From an uncultured Chloroflexia bacterium (lineage in GTDB: Bacteria > Chloroflexota > Anaerolineae > Anaerolineales > E44-bin32), in contig CAWDZQ010000001.1 of NCBI GenBank assembly GCA_963807065.1, forward strand, positions 266,014 through 330,013: a stretch of 64,000 nt of DNA, in the 5' to 3' direction. This document shows, piece after piece, positions 55,083-64,000 of the stretch. The position numbers and the translations under genes are program-made. The first letter of the stretch is position 1; every line of letters starts with the position of its first letter. The notes below the pieces were generated by a model. That model was given only the letters and a program-made list of their open reading frames with translations. It made no database searches and was not told where the DNA came from.

Positions 55083-56327
55083 GTATCGCAACGCCTCGAT
55101 CGGATTCAGGCTGGCGGCACGGGTGGCGGGATAGATCCCGAAGAACAAGCCCACCGCCGCCGAGAACCCCGTCGCCAGAACAACCGCCTGAAACGACAAT
55201 CCCGGCTGGATGTCCGGGGCCAGCAGGCCCACCAGTTTGGAGCCGCCGGCGCCCAGCATGATCCCAATACCGCCTCCGATCACCGCCAGCACCACGCTCT
55301 CCACCAGAAACTGAAGCAGGATGTCTCGCCGCCGCGCGCCGACTGCCTTACGCAGGCCGATCTCGTGCGTGCGCTCGGTGACCGAGACCAGCATGATGTT
55401 CATGATCCCAATGCCTCCCACCAGCAGCGAGATGGCGGCGATGGCGCCCAGAAAGACCGTCAGGGCACCGAGCACGCTGCCTGCTGAGGCGAGGATGTCT
55501 TGTTGGCTGATCACGGTGAAGTCATTCTTGTCTTCGGGCGCGATCTTGTGCCGCAGGCGTAGAATCTGACGAATCTCAGCTTGCGCGGCTTCCATGCGAT
55601 CCTGATCGACGGCGGAGGCATAAACCACCGTAAGGCGGTAATCCCCGCTGGAGTCTCGCGCCGCGAAGATGCGCGTTTGCGCCGTGGAGAGCGGGATGTA
55701 GATCACATTGTCTTCGCTTCCGAAACTGCTCCCGCCCCGGCTCTTCATCACGCCGATGACCCGAAAAGAGGTGTCTTTGATCCGGACCGTCTCACCAATG
55801 GGCAGGGCGTTGTTCGGGAACAAATCGGTGACCACATCCGGCCCGAGCACCGCCACGCGCGATCCGGCCAACTCATCGCTCTCGTCAATGAAACGTCCGA
55901 TGGCCACCTCCGCGCTGCGAACCTCGAGGTAATTGGGCGTCACACCCGACACGGAGTAGGTTCCACTTTCGCGGCCAAAGGTCACCAACGCACCGCCGGC
56001 AAGCTCAGGGGCCACCTCGCCAATATCGGGCGCTTGCAGGGGATCGGCCAGGGCCGCAGCATCCCCGTTGGAGATCGGTTTACCGCCGGTTGAAGCCGAC
56101 GAGGCCCCGCCCCGCTGGCTGCTAAAGTTGCCCGGCACGACGAAGAGCAGGTTGGAACCGATGCTCTGGAACTGGTCCGTGACGTACTTTTGGACCGCCG
56201 AGCCGGCCGACATAAGCGTGATGACGGCGCCAACTCCGATGATGATCCCCAACATGGTCAGGATGGCACGCAGCTTGTTGGCCAACAATGCCCTGATGGC
56301 GATGCGGACACTTTCGATGATCTTCAT
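55077..56327 (-). CDS. ABC transporter permease, MacB/FtsX type
   Basis: MacB_PCD-like periplasmic domain between TM1 and TM2. C-terminal FtsX motif (TERTHEIGLRKAVGA). Confidence 0.85.
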   Translation of the reverse strand: MKIIESVRIAIRALLANKLRAILTMLGIIIGVGAVITLMSAGSAVQKYVTDQFQSIGSNLLFVVPGNFSSQRGGASSASTGGKPISNGDAAALADPLQAPDIGEVAPELAGGALVTFGRESGTYSVSGVTPNYLEVRSAEVAIGRFIDESDELAGSRVAVLGPDVVTDLFPNNALPIGETVRIKDTSFRVIGVMKSRGGSSFGSEDNVIYIPLSTAQTRIFAARDSSGDYRLTVVYASAVDQDRMEAAQAEIRQILRLRHKIAPEDKNDFTVISQQDILASAGSVLGALTVFLGAIAAISLLVGGIGIMNIMLVSVTERTHEIGLRKAVGARRRDILLQFLVESVVLAVIGGGIGIMLGAGGSKLVGLLAPDIQPGLSFQAVVLATGFSAAVGLFFGIYPATRAASLNPIEALRYE

Positions 56328-57094
56328 CGCCCCTCCTTCAGGCCGTCTACGGGGTCATGCAGTTCCATTTCAGAGGGCCGCGGCAACTCGCCGGCCTTGA
56401 GGGGCTTGTCGACCAGATCATCCCCGACCAACAGTCCGTCTTGAATGCGGATGATCCGGCCGGTGTGACGGGCGATGAACGGGTCATGGGTCACGACCAG
56501 GATTGTGATGGCTTGTTCAATGTTGAGGTCTTGCAGGAGCTTCATTACTTCCACCCCCGACGTCGTGTCCAGGTTGCCGGTCGGCTCATCGGCGAAGATG
56601 ATCGAGGGTTGGTTCACTAGGGCGCGGGCAATCGCCACTCGCTGCTGCTGGCCCCCAGAAAGCTCATTCGGATGGTGGTGGAGCCGCTCGCCCAGCCCGA
56701 CCGCCTGCAGCGCCTCCGTGGCGCGGCTTCGCCGTTCGGCCAAGGGCGCACCTGCGTAGATCAGAGGCAGCTCGACGTTTTCCAGGGCACTCGTCCGCGC
56801 CAGAAGGTTGAAGGTCTGGAATACGAAACCGATTTTGCTGTTCCGGATTTCCGCCAGGCGATCATCATCCAGTTCGCCGACGGGTTCTCCATCCAAGACA
56901 TAAGCCCCTTCGGTGGGCCGGTCGAGACAGCCGAGAATGTTCATCAGGGTCGACTTGCCTGATCCGGAAGGCCCCATCACCGTCAAGAGCTCTCCGGATT
57001 GGATCTTGAAACTGACACCGCGCAGGGCCATGACTTTGACCTCCCCCAGGTCATAGGTCCTGGCCAGATCTTTGACTTCGATAACCGACGTCAC
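56324..57094 (-). CDS. ABC transporter ATP-binding protein (MacB/LolD-like)
   Basis: Walker A GPSGSGKST, signature LSGGQQQR, Walker B IIFADEPT. Confidence 0.9.
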   Translation of the reverse strand: MTSVIEVKDLARTYDLGEVKVMALRGVSFKIQSGELLTVMGPSGSGKSTLMNILGCLDRPTEGAYVLDGEPVGELDDDRLAEIRNSKIGFVFQTFNLLARTSALENVELPLIYAGAPLAERRSRATEALQAVGLGERLHHHPNELSGGQQQRVAIARALVNQPSIIFADEPTGNLDTTSGVEVMKLLQDLNIEQAITILVVTHDPFIARHTGRIIRIQDGLLVGDDLVDKPLKAGELPRPSEMELHDPVDGLKEGR

Positions 57095-57097
57095 CGA

Positions 57098-58513
57098 CTA
57101 ACCTCCGCCAAAGGGACCGCCGAGACTCGGCGCAGAGGGTGTCACTGCAGGAACGCCGACGACGTCACCGGGTTGCAGTCCGTTTACGACTTCACTGTCG
57201 GTATCGTTCCTCAGGCCCAGCTGCACATCCTGCCGCTCGTAGCCGGTCCCCGTCTTGACCATCACATAAATCTGACCGGTTGTGCTGTCCACCCTCAGCG
57301 CCCAGTTGGGCACCAGCAACGCCTGATCCTTGTGAGAGACGTTGATATCCACCGAGGCGGTCATCCCGATCCTGGCCTCGGGACCAGGATTTGAGACGCT
57401 GACAACTACCGGATACTCTGTCGTTGACTGGCTTGGATCTGGGGCCAGGTCGATCTCGTCTACTTTGCCATCCAGAACCAGCCCAGGAAGTGCGTCCAAG
57501 GTAATTGAAACGCTTTGGCCACGTTGGATTGAGGCGATGTCGAGCTCATCCACAGGGGTTTGGATATGAAACTGGCTGTCGTCGGCGATGCCGATGGCCA
57601 CCTTGCCCGGGGTTACTTTATCGCCGATCTGATAGTAAACGGACGTGATCCGCCCGCCGAAAGGCGCTGTGATCTTGGATTGGTTGACGCGCGCTTGGGC
57701 CGCTTGGACCTGAGCTCGGGCCGCCGCCAATTGGTCCGGATCGGGGCCGTTGGTCAGAGTGTCCACTTTCTTTTGAGCCTGGTTGACTTTCGCCTGAGCG
57801 ACGGCCACGGCTGAGTCGAGCTGCGCCTGCTCAATCTCCGTCGGATGGCCTGTGTACCAGTTCAAGGTACGGATAGCCGAGTTATAGTCCTGCTGCGCGT
57901 TGCTGAGATTGATGGCTGCCTGGGCGCTGTCGTGGTCGTCGGGTGTCCCGCTGCTGGCACGCCGCTTGGCTTGGTCCAGGGCTTTTTTGGCCAGGAGCAC
58001 CCGGCCTTCCTGCGCCGAAATTGTCGCCGCGCTGGCCCGGTTACCCTGGGACCGGACGCTCAACGTGTAATCGGCAGTGTGCAATTCATCCTGAGCGGAG
58101 GCCAGGGCCGATTGGGCTTCGGCAAGGCTGAGCATCCAATTGTTTTCATCTAGCAGATCATTCAGATTTTGTTCGGCCTGAACCAGATCTGCCTCAGCAC
58201 CAATCAGGCTGACGTCGATCGAGGCCGTATCGAGGTCCATCAAGACGTCACCGGCCTTGACCTCGTCGCCCACGTTCACGTAGATGTTTCCGATGTTTCC
58301 GTTCACACTGAAGGTCAGGTCCGCCTGCGCCTTGGGATCAATGTTACCCGTGCCGGAGACGACCACATCGATCGGTCCGCGGGCGATAGTCGCTGTTCTG
58401 TCTAAGGATTGAGAGCTGGCCCGCCCGGCGGCCGATCTCAAACCGATGAAAGCGATCACGGCAGCGACCACAAACACACCCAGGATCAGGAGGATCCAAG
58501 TTCGTCTGGACAT
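57098..58513 (-). CDS. efflux periplasmic adaptor (HlyD/MacA-type membrane fusion protein)
   Basis: N-terminal TM, biotinyl-lipoyl-like hairpin, long coiled coil (AQARVNQ.. repeats) and a beta-barrel C-terminus. Confidence 0.8.
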   Translation of the reverse strand: MSRRTWILLILGVFVVAAVIAFIGLRSAAGRASSQSLDRTATIARGPIDVVVSGTGNIDPKAQADLTFSVNGNIGNIYVNVGDEVKAGDVLMDLDTASIDVSLIGAEADLVQAEQNLNDLLDENNWMLSLAEAQSALASAQDELHTADYTLSVRSQGNRASAATISAQEGRVLLAKKALDQAKRRASSGTPDDHDSAQAAINLSNAQQDYNSAIRTLNWYTGHPTEIEQAQLDSAVAVAQAKVNQAQKKVDTLTNGPDPDQLAAARAQVQAAQARVNQSKITAPFGGRITSVYYQIGDKVTPGKVAIGIADDSQFHIQTPVDELDIASIQRGQSVSITLDALPGLVLDGKVDEIDLAPDPSQSTTEYPVVVSVSNPGPEARIGMTASVDINVSHKDQALLVPNWALRVDSTTGQIYVMVKTGTGYERQDVQLGLRNDTDSEVVNGLQPGDVVGVPAVTPSAPSLGGPFGGG

Positions 58514-58624
58514 TGAAACCTAACTCCTTTTGGCGTACGCTAGTTCTTCAAGGGCCGCGCCGCCCGACATCAGGCTGACACTGCCCCCCCTAATGGCTCT
58601 TAGTGCCTAGGACAAGTCCTCGTT

Positions 58625-59092
58625 CTATAAGACCTCAGCCTCACAATCCAGGCCGTGTTCGAACACCTTGCGCAAGACGGGCAGGCCCGCGGTCAGGTCC
58701 CTTACCTCCTCGGCGGAGAGGGGTTGGAGCATCTCATGCACCCGCCCTTCGGCACTGGCCCGGAGCGATCTGAGCACGGCTTCACCCTGCGATGTGATCT
58801 CCGCCAGGACCACGCGGCGGTCATGCGGTGACACCTTTCGCAGCGCCCAGCCGCGAACTTCAAGGGTTGAAATCGATCGCGAGACCGTCGGAGAGCTAAT
58901 CTGTTCGTGCTCCGCCAATTCGCCGAGGCTCCATGGCCGGGCGTGCAACATGGTCAGGATCCTGAAGTGCGATGGCGAGAGGGTGTGCCCAGACTTTCGT
59001 ACCTCCGCCGCCAAGCTCCTCATCACCAAAGGCACGATCTCCACGATCTGCCTCGCCGCAAGTTCCAAATTGTCACGCATCTCAAGCTCCAC
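58625..59092 (-). CDS. MarR-family transcriptional regulator
   Basis: wHTH segment LGELAEHEQISSPTVSRSISTLEVRGWALRKVSPHDRR. The start may be the ATG at 59080. Confidence 0.8.
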   Translation of the reverse strand: MELEMRDNLELAARQIVEIVPLVMRSLAAEVRKSGHTLSPSHFRILTMLHARPWSLGELAEHEQISSPTVSRSISTLEVRGWALRKVSPHDRRVVLAEITSQGEAVLRSLRASAEGRVHEMLQPLSAEEVRDLTAGLPVLRKVFEHGLDCEAEVL

Positions 59093-59094
59093 TG

Positions 59095-59117
59095 CATTTA
59101 CTTAGCAGAGCTAAATG
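59095..59117. promoter_or_regulatory. AT-rich imperfect palindrome CATTTA-cTTAGCagaGCTAAATG just upstream of marR
   Basis: Inner palindrome TTAGC-aga-GCTAA (59102..59114). Candidate MarR operator. Confidence 0.3.
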
Positions 59118-59179
59118 TAAAGGCTCCCCCAAGGGCTGTCAAGGGTACCCTGGGTGATTTGCTCGCCGATATCCGATAC

Positions 59180-59207
59180 AAAAAAACCCTCCCCGAAATG
59201 GGGAGGG
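59180..59207 (-). terminator. rho-independent terminator after csp
   Basis: On the minus strand: CCCTCCCC-atttc-GGGGAGGG followed by TTTTTTT. Confidence 0.8.
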
Positions 59208-59231
59208 CGCCTTATGTATGATGGTTTGGGA

Positions 59232-59441
59232 TTAGAGCGGCACCACTTCGGCCGCCTGCAGACCCTTGGGGCCCTGCTCGATACTGAATTCCACCTGCTG
59301 GCCCTCTTGGAGTTCACGGAAACCGTCGGCTTGGATGGCCGTGTAGTGCACAAACACATCCGGCCCGCCTTCGCGTTCGATGAACCCGTAGCCCTTCCCG
59401 GCGTTGAACCATTTGACCGTACCGGACACACGTTCGGACAT
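59232..59441 (-). CDS. cspA: cold-shock protein (CspA family)
   Basis: [15 protein letters not shown] (RNP1) and VFVHY (RNP2). 69 aa. Confidence 0.9.
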   Translation of the reverse strand: MSERVSGTVKWFNAGKGYGFIEREGGPDVFVHYTAIQADGFRELQEGQQVEFSIEQGPKGLQAAEVVPL

Positions 59442-59607
59442 CTTTTAAACCTCCTGCTTGGGTGGGTTTCCGAGGTGCCTGACGTGTTCTCCAGCGGTCG
59501 AGTTCGCCGGCTTACGGCCCGGCCTACCAGACAGGCCCGAGCGCATGTTCGGCTCAGGCCTCGGTCTTACGACGTGCAGACAGAACTCGCATGCAACCTA
59601 CGCGAAC

Positions 59608-59636
59608 ATGTTAGCCTAGACAAATTGGCCTGTCAA
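59608..59636 (-). promoter_or_regulatory. sigma-70-type promoter TTGACA-17-TAACAT for csp, giving a 5'UTR of about 160 nt
   Basis: On the minus strand: -35 at 59631..59636 and -10 at 59608..59613. Confidence 0.5.
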
Positions 59637-59685
59637 GCGGCCGGGTTGTGGTGTCTGGCAACAGGCCATTCCTGTATAATCCCCC

Positions 59686-60723
59686 ATGATGGCAGAGCAG
59701 GCTGAAGACCGATTGGTGTCCCCCGAACGCGGCTCTGAAGACTGGACCGAGCCGACGTTGCGCCCGCAGCATTTGAATGAGATGATCGGCCAGGAAAGGG
59801 TGAGAGAGAATCTGGCCATTCTCATTGAAGCGGCGCGCAACCGCGGCGAAGCCTTGGACCACGTGCTTTTCTATGGCCCGCCGGGGCTGGGAAAGACAAC
59901 CCTGGCGCACATTCTTGCCACCGAAATGGGGGTCCATCTCAAGTTCACTTCGGGGCCGGCCATTGAGCGCGCCGGCGATCTGGCGGCGATTCTCACCAAT
60001 CTTCAAGCTGGGGACGTGTTGTTCATCGATGAAATCCACCGTCTTGGGCGCGCTGTGGAAGAGATCTTGTATCCGGCAATGGAAGAGTACGCGCTGGACA
60101 TCATGATCGGCAAAGGTCCCAGCGCCCGTTCCCTGCGGCTTCAGCTCCCCCGCTTCACCATCATCGGCGCCACCACCCGCCTGGCGCTGCTTACGGCTCC
60201 ATTGCGCGCCAGGTTTGGGGCGATACACCGCCTGGATTTCTACGACAATCAAGCCATGGGCGAAATCGTCAAGCGGGCGGGGCAGATCCTGAACGTGCAG
60301 ATCGACAAGGACGGTGTCGCCGAGATCGCCTGCCGCGCCAGGGGCACCCCGCGCGTCGCCCTTAGGCTCCTCAGACGGGTCCGGGACTTCGCCGAGGTGC
60401 GCGCCGACGGCAGCGTCACCCGCCGGGTGGCCTCGGAAGCTCTGGCCTTGCTTGAGATCGACGACCTCGGATTGGACGACGCCGATCGGCGCGTGCTCCA
60501 CACGATCGTCGTCAAATTCGCCGGGGGCCCGGTGGGATTACAAACCATCGCCGCTTCGATCAGCGAGGAGCCGGATACCATCATGGACGTCGTCGAACCC
60601 TATCTTCTGCAACTCGGTTTCATCGACCGCACCCCTCAGGGCAGGGTCGCCACAGCCCTTGCCTATGAGCACCTGGGGCTCGAACCTGGCCAAGGCGCCC
60701 AACCCTCCCTGCCAGACTTCTAG
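59686..60723 (+). CDS. ruvB: Holliday junction branch-migration helicase RuvB
   Basis: Walker [10 protein letters not shown], Walker B LFIDEIH, sensor regions, winged-helix C-terminus. TATAAT (59675..59680) sits only 5 nt before the ATG, so the mRNA may be leaderless. Confidence 0.92.
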   Translation: MMAEQAEDRLVSPERGSEDWTEPTLRPQHLNEMIGQERVRENLAILIEAARNRGEALDHVLFYGPPGLGKTTLAHILATEMGVHLKFTSGPAIERAGDLAAILTNLQAGDVLFIDEIHRLGRAVEEILYPAMEEYALDIMIGKGPSARSLRLQLPRFTIIGATTRLALLTAPLRARFGAIHRLDFYDNQAMGEIVKRAGQILNVQIDKDGVAEIACRARGTPRVALRLLRRVRDFAEVRADGSVTRRVASEALALLEIDDLGLDDADRRVLHTIVVKFAGGPVGLQTIAASISEEPDTIMDVVEPYLLQLGFIDRTPQGRVATALAYEHLGLEPGQGAQPSLPDF

Positions 60724-60732
60724 CTCTTAGCC

Positions 60733-60969
60733 ATGCCCGACTGGACAACGCTCGCCCGCTGGACCATCTTGACCGGCCTGGGACTGGTCCTGCTGGGCGG
60801 ATTGATCTGGCTCGTGGGGCGCATGGGGATCCCCTTGGGACGACTCCCAGGCGACCTGCAATTCCACACGGGTCGGATCAGCTGCTTCGTTCCGCTGGCC
60901 ACCATGCTTGTGATCAGCCTGGTGCTGACCGTGGTCCTGAACGTCATCGTGCGCTGGCTGGGCAAGTAG
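60733..60969 (+). CDS. DUF2905-family small membrane protein
   Basis: 78 aa, two TM helices. LPGDLQFHTGRISCFVPLATMLVISLVL resembles the DUF2905 PGD motif. From memory only. Confidence 0.65.
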   Translation: MPDWTTLARWTILTGLGLVLLGGLIWLVGRMGIPLGRLPGDLQFHTGRISCFVPLATMLVISLVLTVVLNVIVRWLGK

Positions 60970-60972
60970 TTC

Positions 60973-61995
60973 GTGCGCACATCTGACTTCGATTACGAAC
61001 TGCCGCCGGAGTTCATCGCACAGCATCCCGCCGAACCGCGTGATTCATCCCGTTTGTTGGTGCTCAACCGCGCCGACAACTCGATCAGCCACCAATACTT
61101 CCACGAGCTCCCTGAGCTGCTCTCGCCCGGCGACGCCTTGGTGGTCAACCGCACGCGCGTCATCCCGGCCAGGCTCCACGCGAGAAAACGCCCCGGCGGG
61201 GGCCGAGCCGAGCTTCTGCTTCTCCGCCGGCTGGATGATTTGCGGTGGGAGGTGATGGTCGGTGGCAAAGGGCTCAAGCCCGGCCGCGAGCTCGACCTGG
61301 ACGGTGGCCCAAGCGTGGAGATCTTAAAGGACTTGGGCGGGCCCAAACGCCTGATTCGGTTCGATGCACCCATCGAATCCAGCCTCGATCGAATCGGGGA
61401 GATGCCCTTGCCGCCCTACATTACGGCACCCCTCAGGCAGCGAGAAGACTATCAGACCGTGTATGCTGAAGAACCCGGTTCGGCCGCAGCCCCTACGGCC
61501 GGCCTGCATTTCACGCCGGACCTCCTGGACCGGCTCGAGCGCGCAGGAATCCTTAGGGTGGATGTGACCCTTCACGTCGGGCTGGATACCTTCGCTCCGG
61601 TCAACGAATCCGACCCCGAAACCCACGCCATCCACACGGAGTGGTGCCAGCTCAGTCCCCTATCAGCCGAACGCCTGAACGAGGTACGGGCCCGCGCCGG
61701 CCGGATAGTGGCTGTCGGAACGACCTGCGCACGGACTCTCGAAAGCGCCGCCCGCCTGGCAGGTTCCGGTCAAGTCGTGGCCCCGATCGAAGGTCGGACC
61801 GATCTCTTCATCCTGCCCGGTTTCGAATTCAGGGCGGTCGACGCTCTCATCACCAACTTCCATCTTCCCCGCTCGACGCTTCTGATGCTGGTCTCCGCCT
61901 TCGCCGGCCGGGACCGCATCCTGCGGGCGTACCAAACAGCCAAGGAACACGGGTACCGCTTCTACTCCTTCGGCGACGCGATGCTCTTGGTGTGA
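60973..61995 (+). CDS. queA: S-adenosylmethionine:tRNA ribosyltransferase-isomerase
   Basis: FDYELPPEFIAQHP, GEMPLPPYI, SAAAPTAGLHFT, HLPRSTLLMLVSAF, YRFYSFGDAMLL. Confidence 0.9.
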   Translation: MRTSDFDYELPPEFIAQHPAEPRDSSRLLVLNRADNSISHQYFHELPELLSPGDALVVNRTRVIPARLHARKRPGGGRAELLLLRRLDDLRWEVMVGGKGLKPGRELDLDGGPSVEILKDLGGPKRLIRFDAPIESSLDRIGEMPLPPYITAPLRQREDYQTVYAEEPGSAAAPTAGLHFTPDLLDRLERAGILRVDVTLHVGLDTFAPVNESDPETHAIHTEWCQLSPLSAERLNEVRARAGRIVAVGTTCARTLESAARLAGSGQVVAPIEGRTDLFILPGFEFRAVDALITNFHLPRSTLLMLVSAFAGRDRILRAYQTAKEHGYRFYSFGDAMLLV

Positions 61996-62024
61996 TTGAC
62001 AATCGCCGGGGGCTGTGCGATACT
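61996..62024 (+). promoter_or_regulatory. sigma-70-type promoter TTGACA-17-GATACT
   Basis: -35 at 61996..62001 and -10 at 62019..62024, immediately after the queA stop. Confidence 0.5.
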
Positions 62025-62203
62025 CTTGGCCGTGCTCTAGATGAGCACCTCACTTTGCTATCCTAAGCAAAGAGGAGGTGATGCCCATGAGTAAGTCTGA
62101 TCAACGACGCGCTGCGGCATCCCTCCTCGTAATTGGATAGGATGCCGCAGCGCACCAAAGGGCCGTCCTGATCGGGCGGCTCTTTGCTTGATGGGTGCCG
62201 GTC
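62025..62203 (+). promoter_or_regulatory. structured leader of about 180 nt with a 17-codon ORF, upstream of the AIR-synthase-related gene
   Basis: Hairpins GTGCTC-tagat-GAGCAC and CTTTGCT-atccta-AGCAAAG. Strong SD AGAGGAGG. sORF 62087..62140 (MSKSDQRRAAASLLVIG). A 14-bp perfect stem lies at 62109..62122 / 62140..62153, and its loop contains CCTCCTC, complementary to the SD. Confidence 0.4.
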
Positions 62204-63214
62204 ATGACTTACCCTCTGGGAAAACTGCCGCCACAAATCGTGGCTGAATTCGCCGGGCGATTTGCCCCCGACGACCCGCGGGTGCTCCTGGGCCCGGGCG
62301 TGGGCCTCGACTGCGCCGTCATCGATTTCGGGGACCGCGTCCTGGTGGCCAAGACCGATCCAATCACTTTCACCTCCGGGCGCATCGGGTGGTACGCCGT
62401 GCACGTGAATGCCAACGACGTCGCCACGACAGGCGCCCAGCCGGCGTGGTTTCTCGTCACTGCCTTGCTGCCGGAATCCAGGTCCGACCATGCCATGCTC
62501 GACGAGATGTTCGGCCAGATCAATTCTGCTTGCCGCTCGGTCGGGGCCACCTTTGTCGGGGGACACACCGAAGTCACCCGGGGGCTGGAGCGCCCCATCC
62601 TGGTAGGCACCATGCTGGGCGAAGTCAGCCGCGAGCGGCTTGTGACACCCCGAGGATCCCGGCCAGGCGACATCGTGATGTTGACCAAGTGGATCCCGAT
62701 TGAAGCCACGAGCATCCTAGGCACCGACTTCGCCGACCGCCTCTCGGATTTGCCGGCCGCGGACCTAGCCTGGGCACAAGGCGTACTCGACGATCCGGGC
62801 ATCAGCGTCGTCCGTGAAGCCCTTTTGGCGGCTGAAGCGGGCGGGGTTTCCGCCATGCATGATCCAACGGAAGGCGGACTGGCAGGGGGTCTGTGGGAGA
62901 TGGCCGAAGCCGCCGAGGTTGGTTTGGAGATCGATGCCAGCCGGATCCCCCTCCCCGAGACCGCGCGGCGAATGTGCGAGGCGCTGGACGTTGACCCTCT
63001 GTCGGCGATCGCCTCGGGAGCGCTCCTTGTCACGGCTCATCCCAGGGCTGCCGAGGGCATCGAGGCGGCGCTCGCTCGAGAAGGGATTCCCGTGGCGCGT
63101 GTCGGACGCGTGGTGGAGGGCTCGGGGGTTCACGTGTTGGTCGACGGGCAGAACCGGCAGCTGCCCCAGCCGTCCAGAGACTCTATCGCCAGGCTGTTTG
63201 AATCGACCGCGTGA
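62204..63214 (+). CDS. AIR-synthase-related (PurM superfamily; HypE/ThiL/SelD-like fold) protein of unknown specificity
   Basis: GLDCAVIDF..LVAKTDPITF..YAVHVNANDVATTGA and GGHTEV motifs typical of the PurM-like N and C domains. Confidence 0.7.
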   Translation: MTYPLGKLPPQIVAEFAGRFAPDDPRVLLGPGVGLDCAVIDFGDRVLVAKTDPITFTSGRIGWYAVHVNANDVATTGAQPAWFLVTALLPESRSDHAMLDEMFGQINSACRSVGATFVGGHTEVTRGLERPILVGTMLGEVSRERLVTPRGSRPGDIVMLTKWIPIEATSILGTDFADRLSDLPAADLAWAQGVLDDPGISVVREALLAAEAGGVSAMHDPTEGGLAGGLWEMAEAAEVGLEIDASRIPLPETARRMCEALDVDPLSAIASGALLVTAHPRAAEGIEAALAREGIPVARVGRVVEGSGVHVLVDGQNRQLPQPSRDSIARLFESTA

Positions 63215-63220
63215 GCGGAA

Positions 63221-64000
63221 CTAGCTCCCGAAGGAGATACCCATCTCGCGCGCCGTTTGTACGGCATCGCCTGCGACATTGACGCGCTTGGGCATGGCCA
63301 AGGCTTCGGCCATGTCCACCGATCCCACCGACCCGCCTTTCAGGGCCGACATACGGCCCCATCTTCCGGACGCCGCCAAGCGGACGGCCTCGCCTCCCAG
63401 GCGGGTACACAGCCATCGGTCAAAGGCGCTCGGTGATCCCCCTCGCTGCAGGTGACCCAACACGGTGACCCGAGTTTCCATCCGGCACGACCGCTCGACG
63501 TAGGTCGCCACTACGTTCCCGATCCCGCCGAGGCGATCCACATGGAGCTCGTCTCCGCGCTCGGCAAACACTCGCTCCCCTCCGGCCGGGTGGGCGCCTT
63601 CGGCAGCGGCGATGATGCTGAAATGCCGGCCGGCTTCCGCCCGATGGGTGATCTTTTCGCAGATGGCATCGAATCTGAATGGAATCTCAGGGATAAGGAT
63701 GACGTCCGCCCCGCCCGCCAGGCCGGCGTGGAGGGCGATGAACCCGGCATCCCGGCCCATGAGCTCGAGGACCATCACCCGGTGATGTGATTCGGCTGTC
63801 GTGTGGAGGCGATCCAGGGCTTCCATGGCGGTGTTGATGGCCGTGTCAAAACCGAAGCTGACATCCGTGCCGCCAATGTCGTTGTCGATCGTCTTCGGGA
63901 CGCCCACAGTTCGGCAGCCTTTCTCGTTCAATTCCTGGCTGATGTGCAGTGTACCGTCGCCTCCCACGACGACAATCCCGACCAGGTCCAGCTCCTTCGC
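63221..64000 (-). CDS. pfkA: 6-phosphofructokinase (partial; the N-terminus lies beyond the window end)
   Basis: GGDGT, VGVPKTIDNDI, MGRDAGF motifs. The reading frame stays open to position 64000. Confidence 0.85.
   Translation of the reverse strand, partial: AKELDLVGIVVVGGDGTLHISQELNEKGCRTVGVPKTIDNDIGGTDVSFGFDTAINTAMEALDRLHTTAESHHRVMVLELMGRDAGFIALHAGLAGGADVILIPEIPFRFDAICEKITHRAEAGRHFSIIAAAEGAHPAGGERVFAERGDELHVDRLGGIGNVVATYVERSCRMETRVTVLGHLQRGGSPSAFDRWLCTRLGGEAVRLAASGRWGRMSALKGGSVGSVDMAEALAMPKRVNVAGDAVQTAREMGISFGS

Noticed and set aside
62025-62203. Leader upstream of the AIR-synthase-related gene as a TPP riboswitch (CCTGATC-like strings) or a preQ1 riboswitch (it is next to queA).
   Set aside because: It lacks the CUGAGA/ACCUGAUCUGGAUAAUGCCAGC core of TPP elements and the compact preQ1 aptamer consensus. 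The resemblance is limited to a few bases.
1-64000. Scan for CRISPR arrays, transposase/IS elements, rRNA genes, toxin-antitoxin pairs and recognisable defence systems.
   Set aside because: By eye I found no regularly spaced direct repeats and no transposase-like or nuclease/helicase defence signatures. The only mobile-element trace is the integrase remnant at the left edge.

Overview
This is a GC-rich bacterial chromosomal segment. I did not measure composition, and any taxonomic guess would be inference only. It is densely packed with about 60 protein genes and one tRNA. I saw no rRNA, CRISPR array or transposase.

Layout:
- Left edge: a tyrosine integrase remnant with an in-frame TAA, abutting tRNA-Gly(CCC). 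This looks like the edge of an integrated element lying off-window.
- 3.6-16.6 kb: a tightly packed signalling operon. It holds two stand-alone receivers, three large membrane HAMP/multi-GAF paralogues with no recognisable output domain, an orphan ParA-type ATPase, a PAS histidine kinase and a threonine-synthase::receiver fusion.
- The rest is mostly housekeeping: argF, pyk, korAB with a GntR regulator, mdh, modAB, a stand-alone nuoB-C-D-I block followed by a Cys-rich ORF and an Mrp/ApbC Fe-S carrier, an A-type Fe-S carrier, valS, tal, gnd, a MacAB-like efflux operon with MarR, csp, ruvB, queA and pfk (cut by the window end).

Points for a second look:
1. selD is a selenoprotein gene. It has an in-frame TGA at the catalytic Cys position, which the ORF track missed.
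2. A 20-bp palindrome, CTTGTGA-N6-TCACAAG (CRP/FNR-type core), occurs five times perfectly, next to pyk, mdh and gnd among others.
3. Six homology-supported frame disruptions plus one tentative one are all of the 'one extra base' type. They affect two GAF paralogues, nuoB, tal and possibly a membrane protein. There are also two in-frame stops. This is either assembly error or real decay.
4. A Val-specific T-box leader with a near-consensus promoter sits upstream of valS.
5. A structured leader with a 17-codon ORF sits upstream of an AIR-synthase-related gene.

All calls come from reading the supplied translations and the DNA by eye. Start codons are approximate, and no database search was run.
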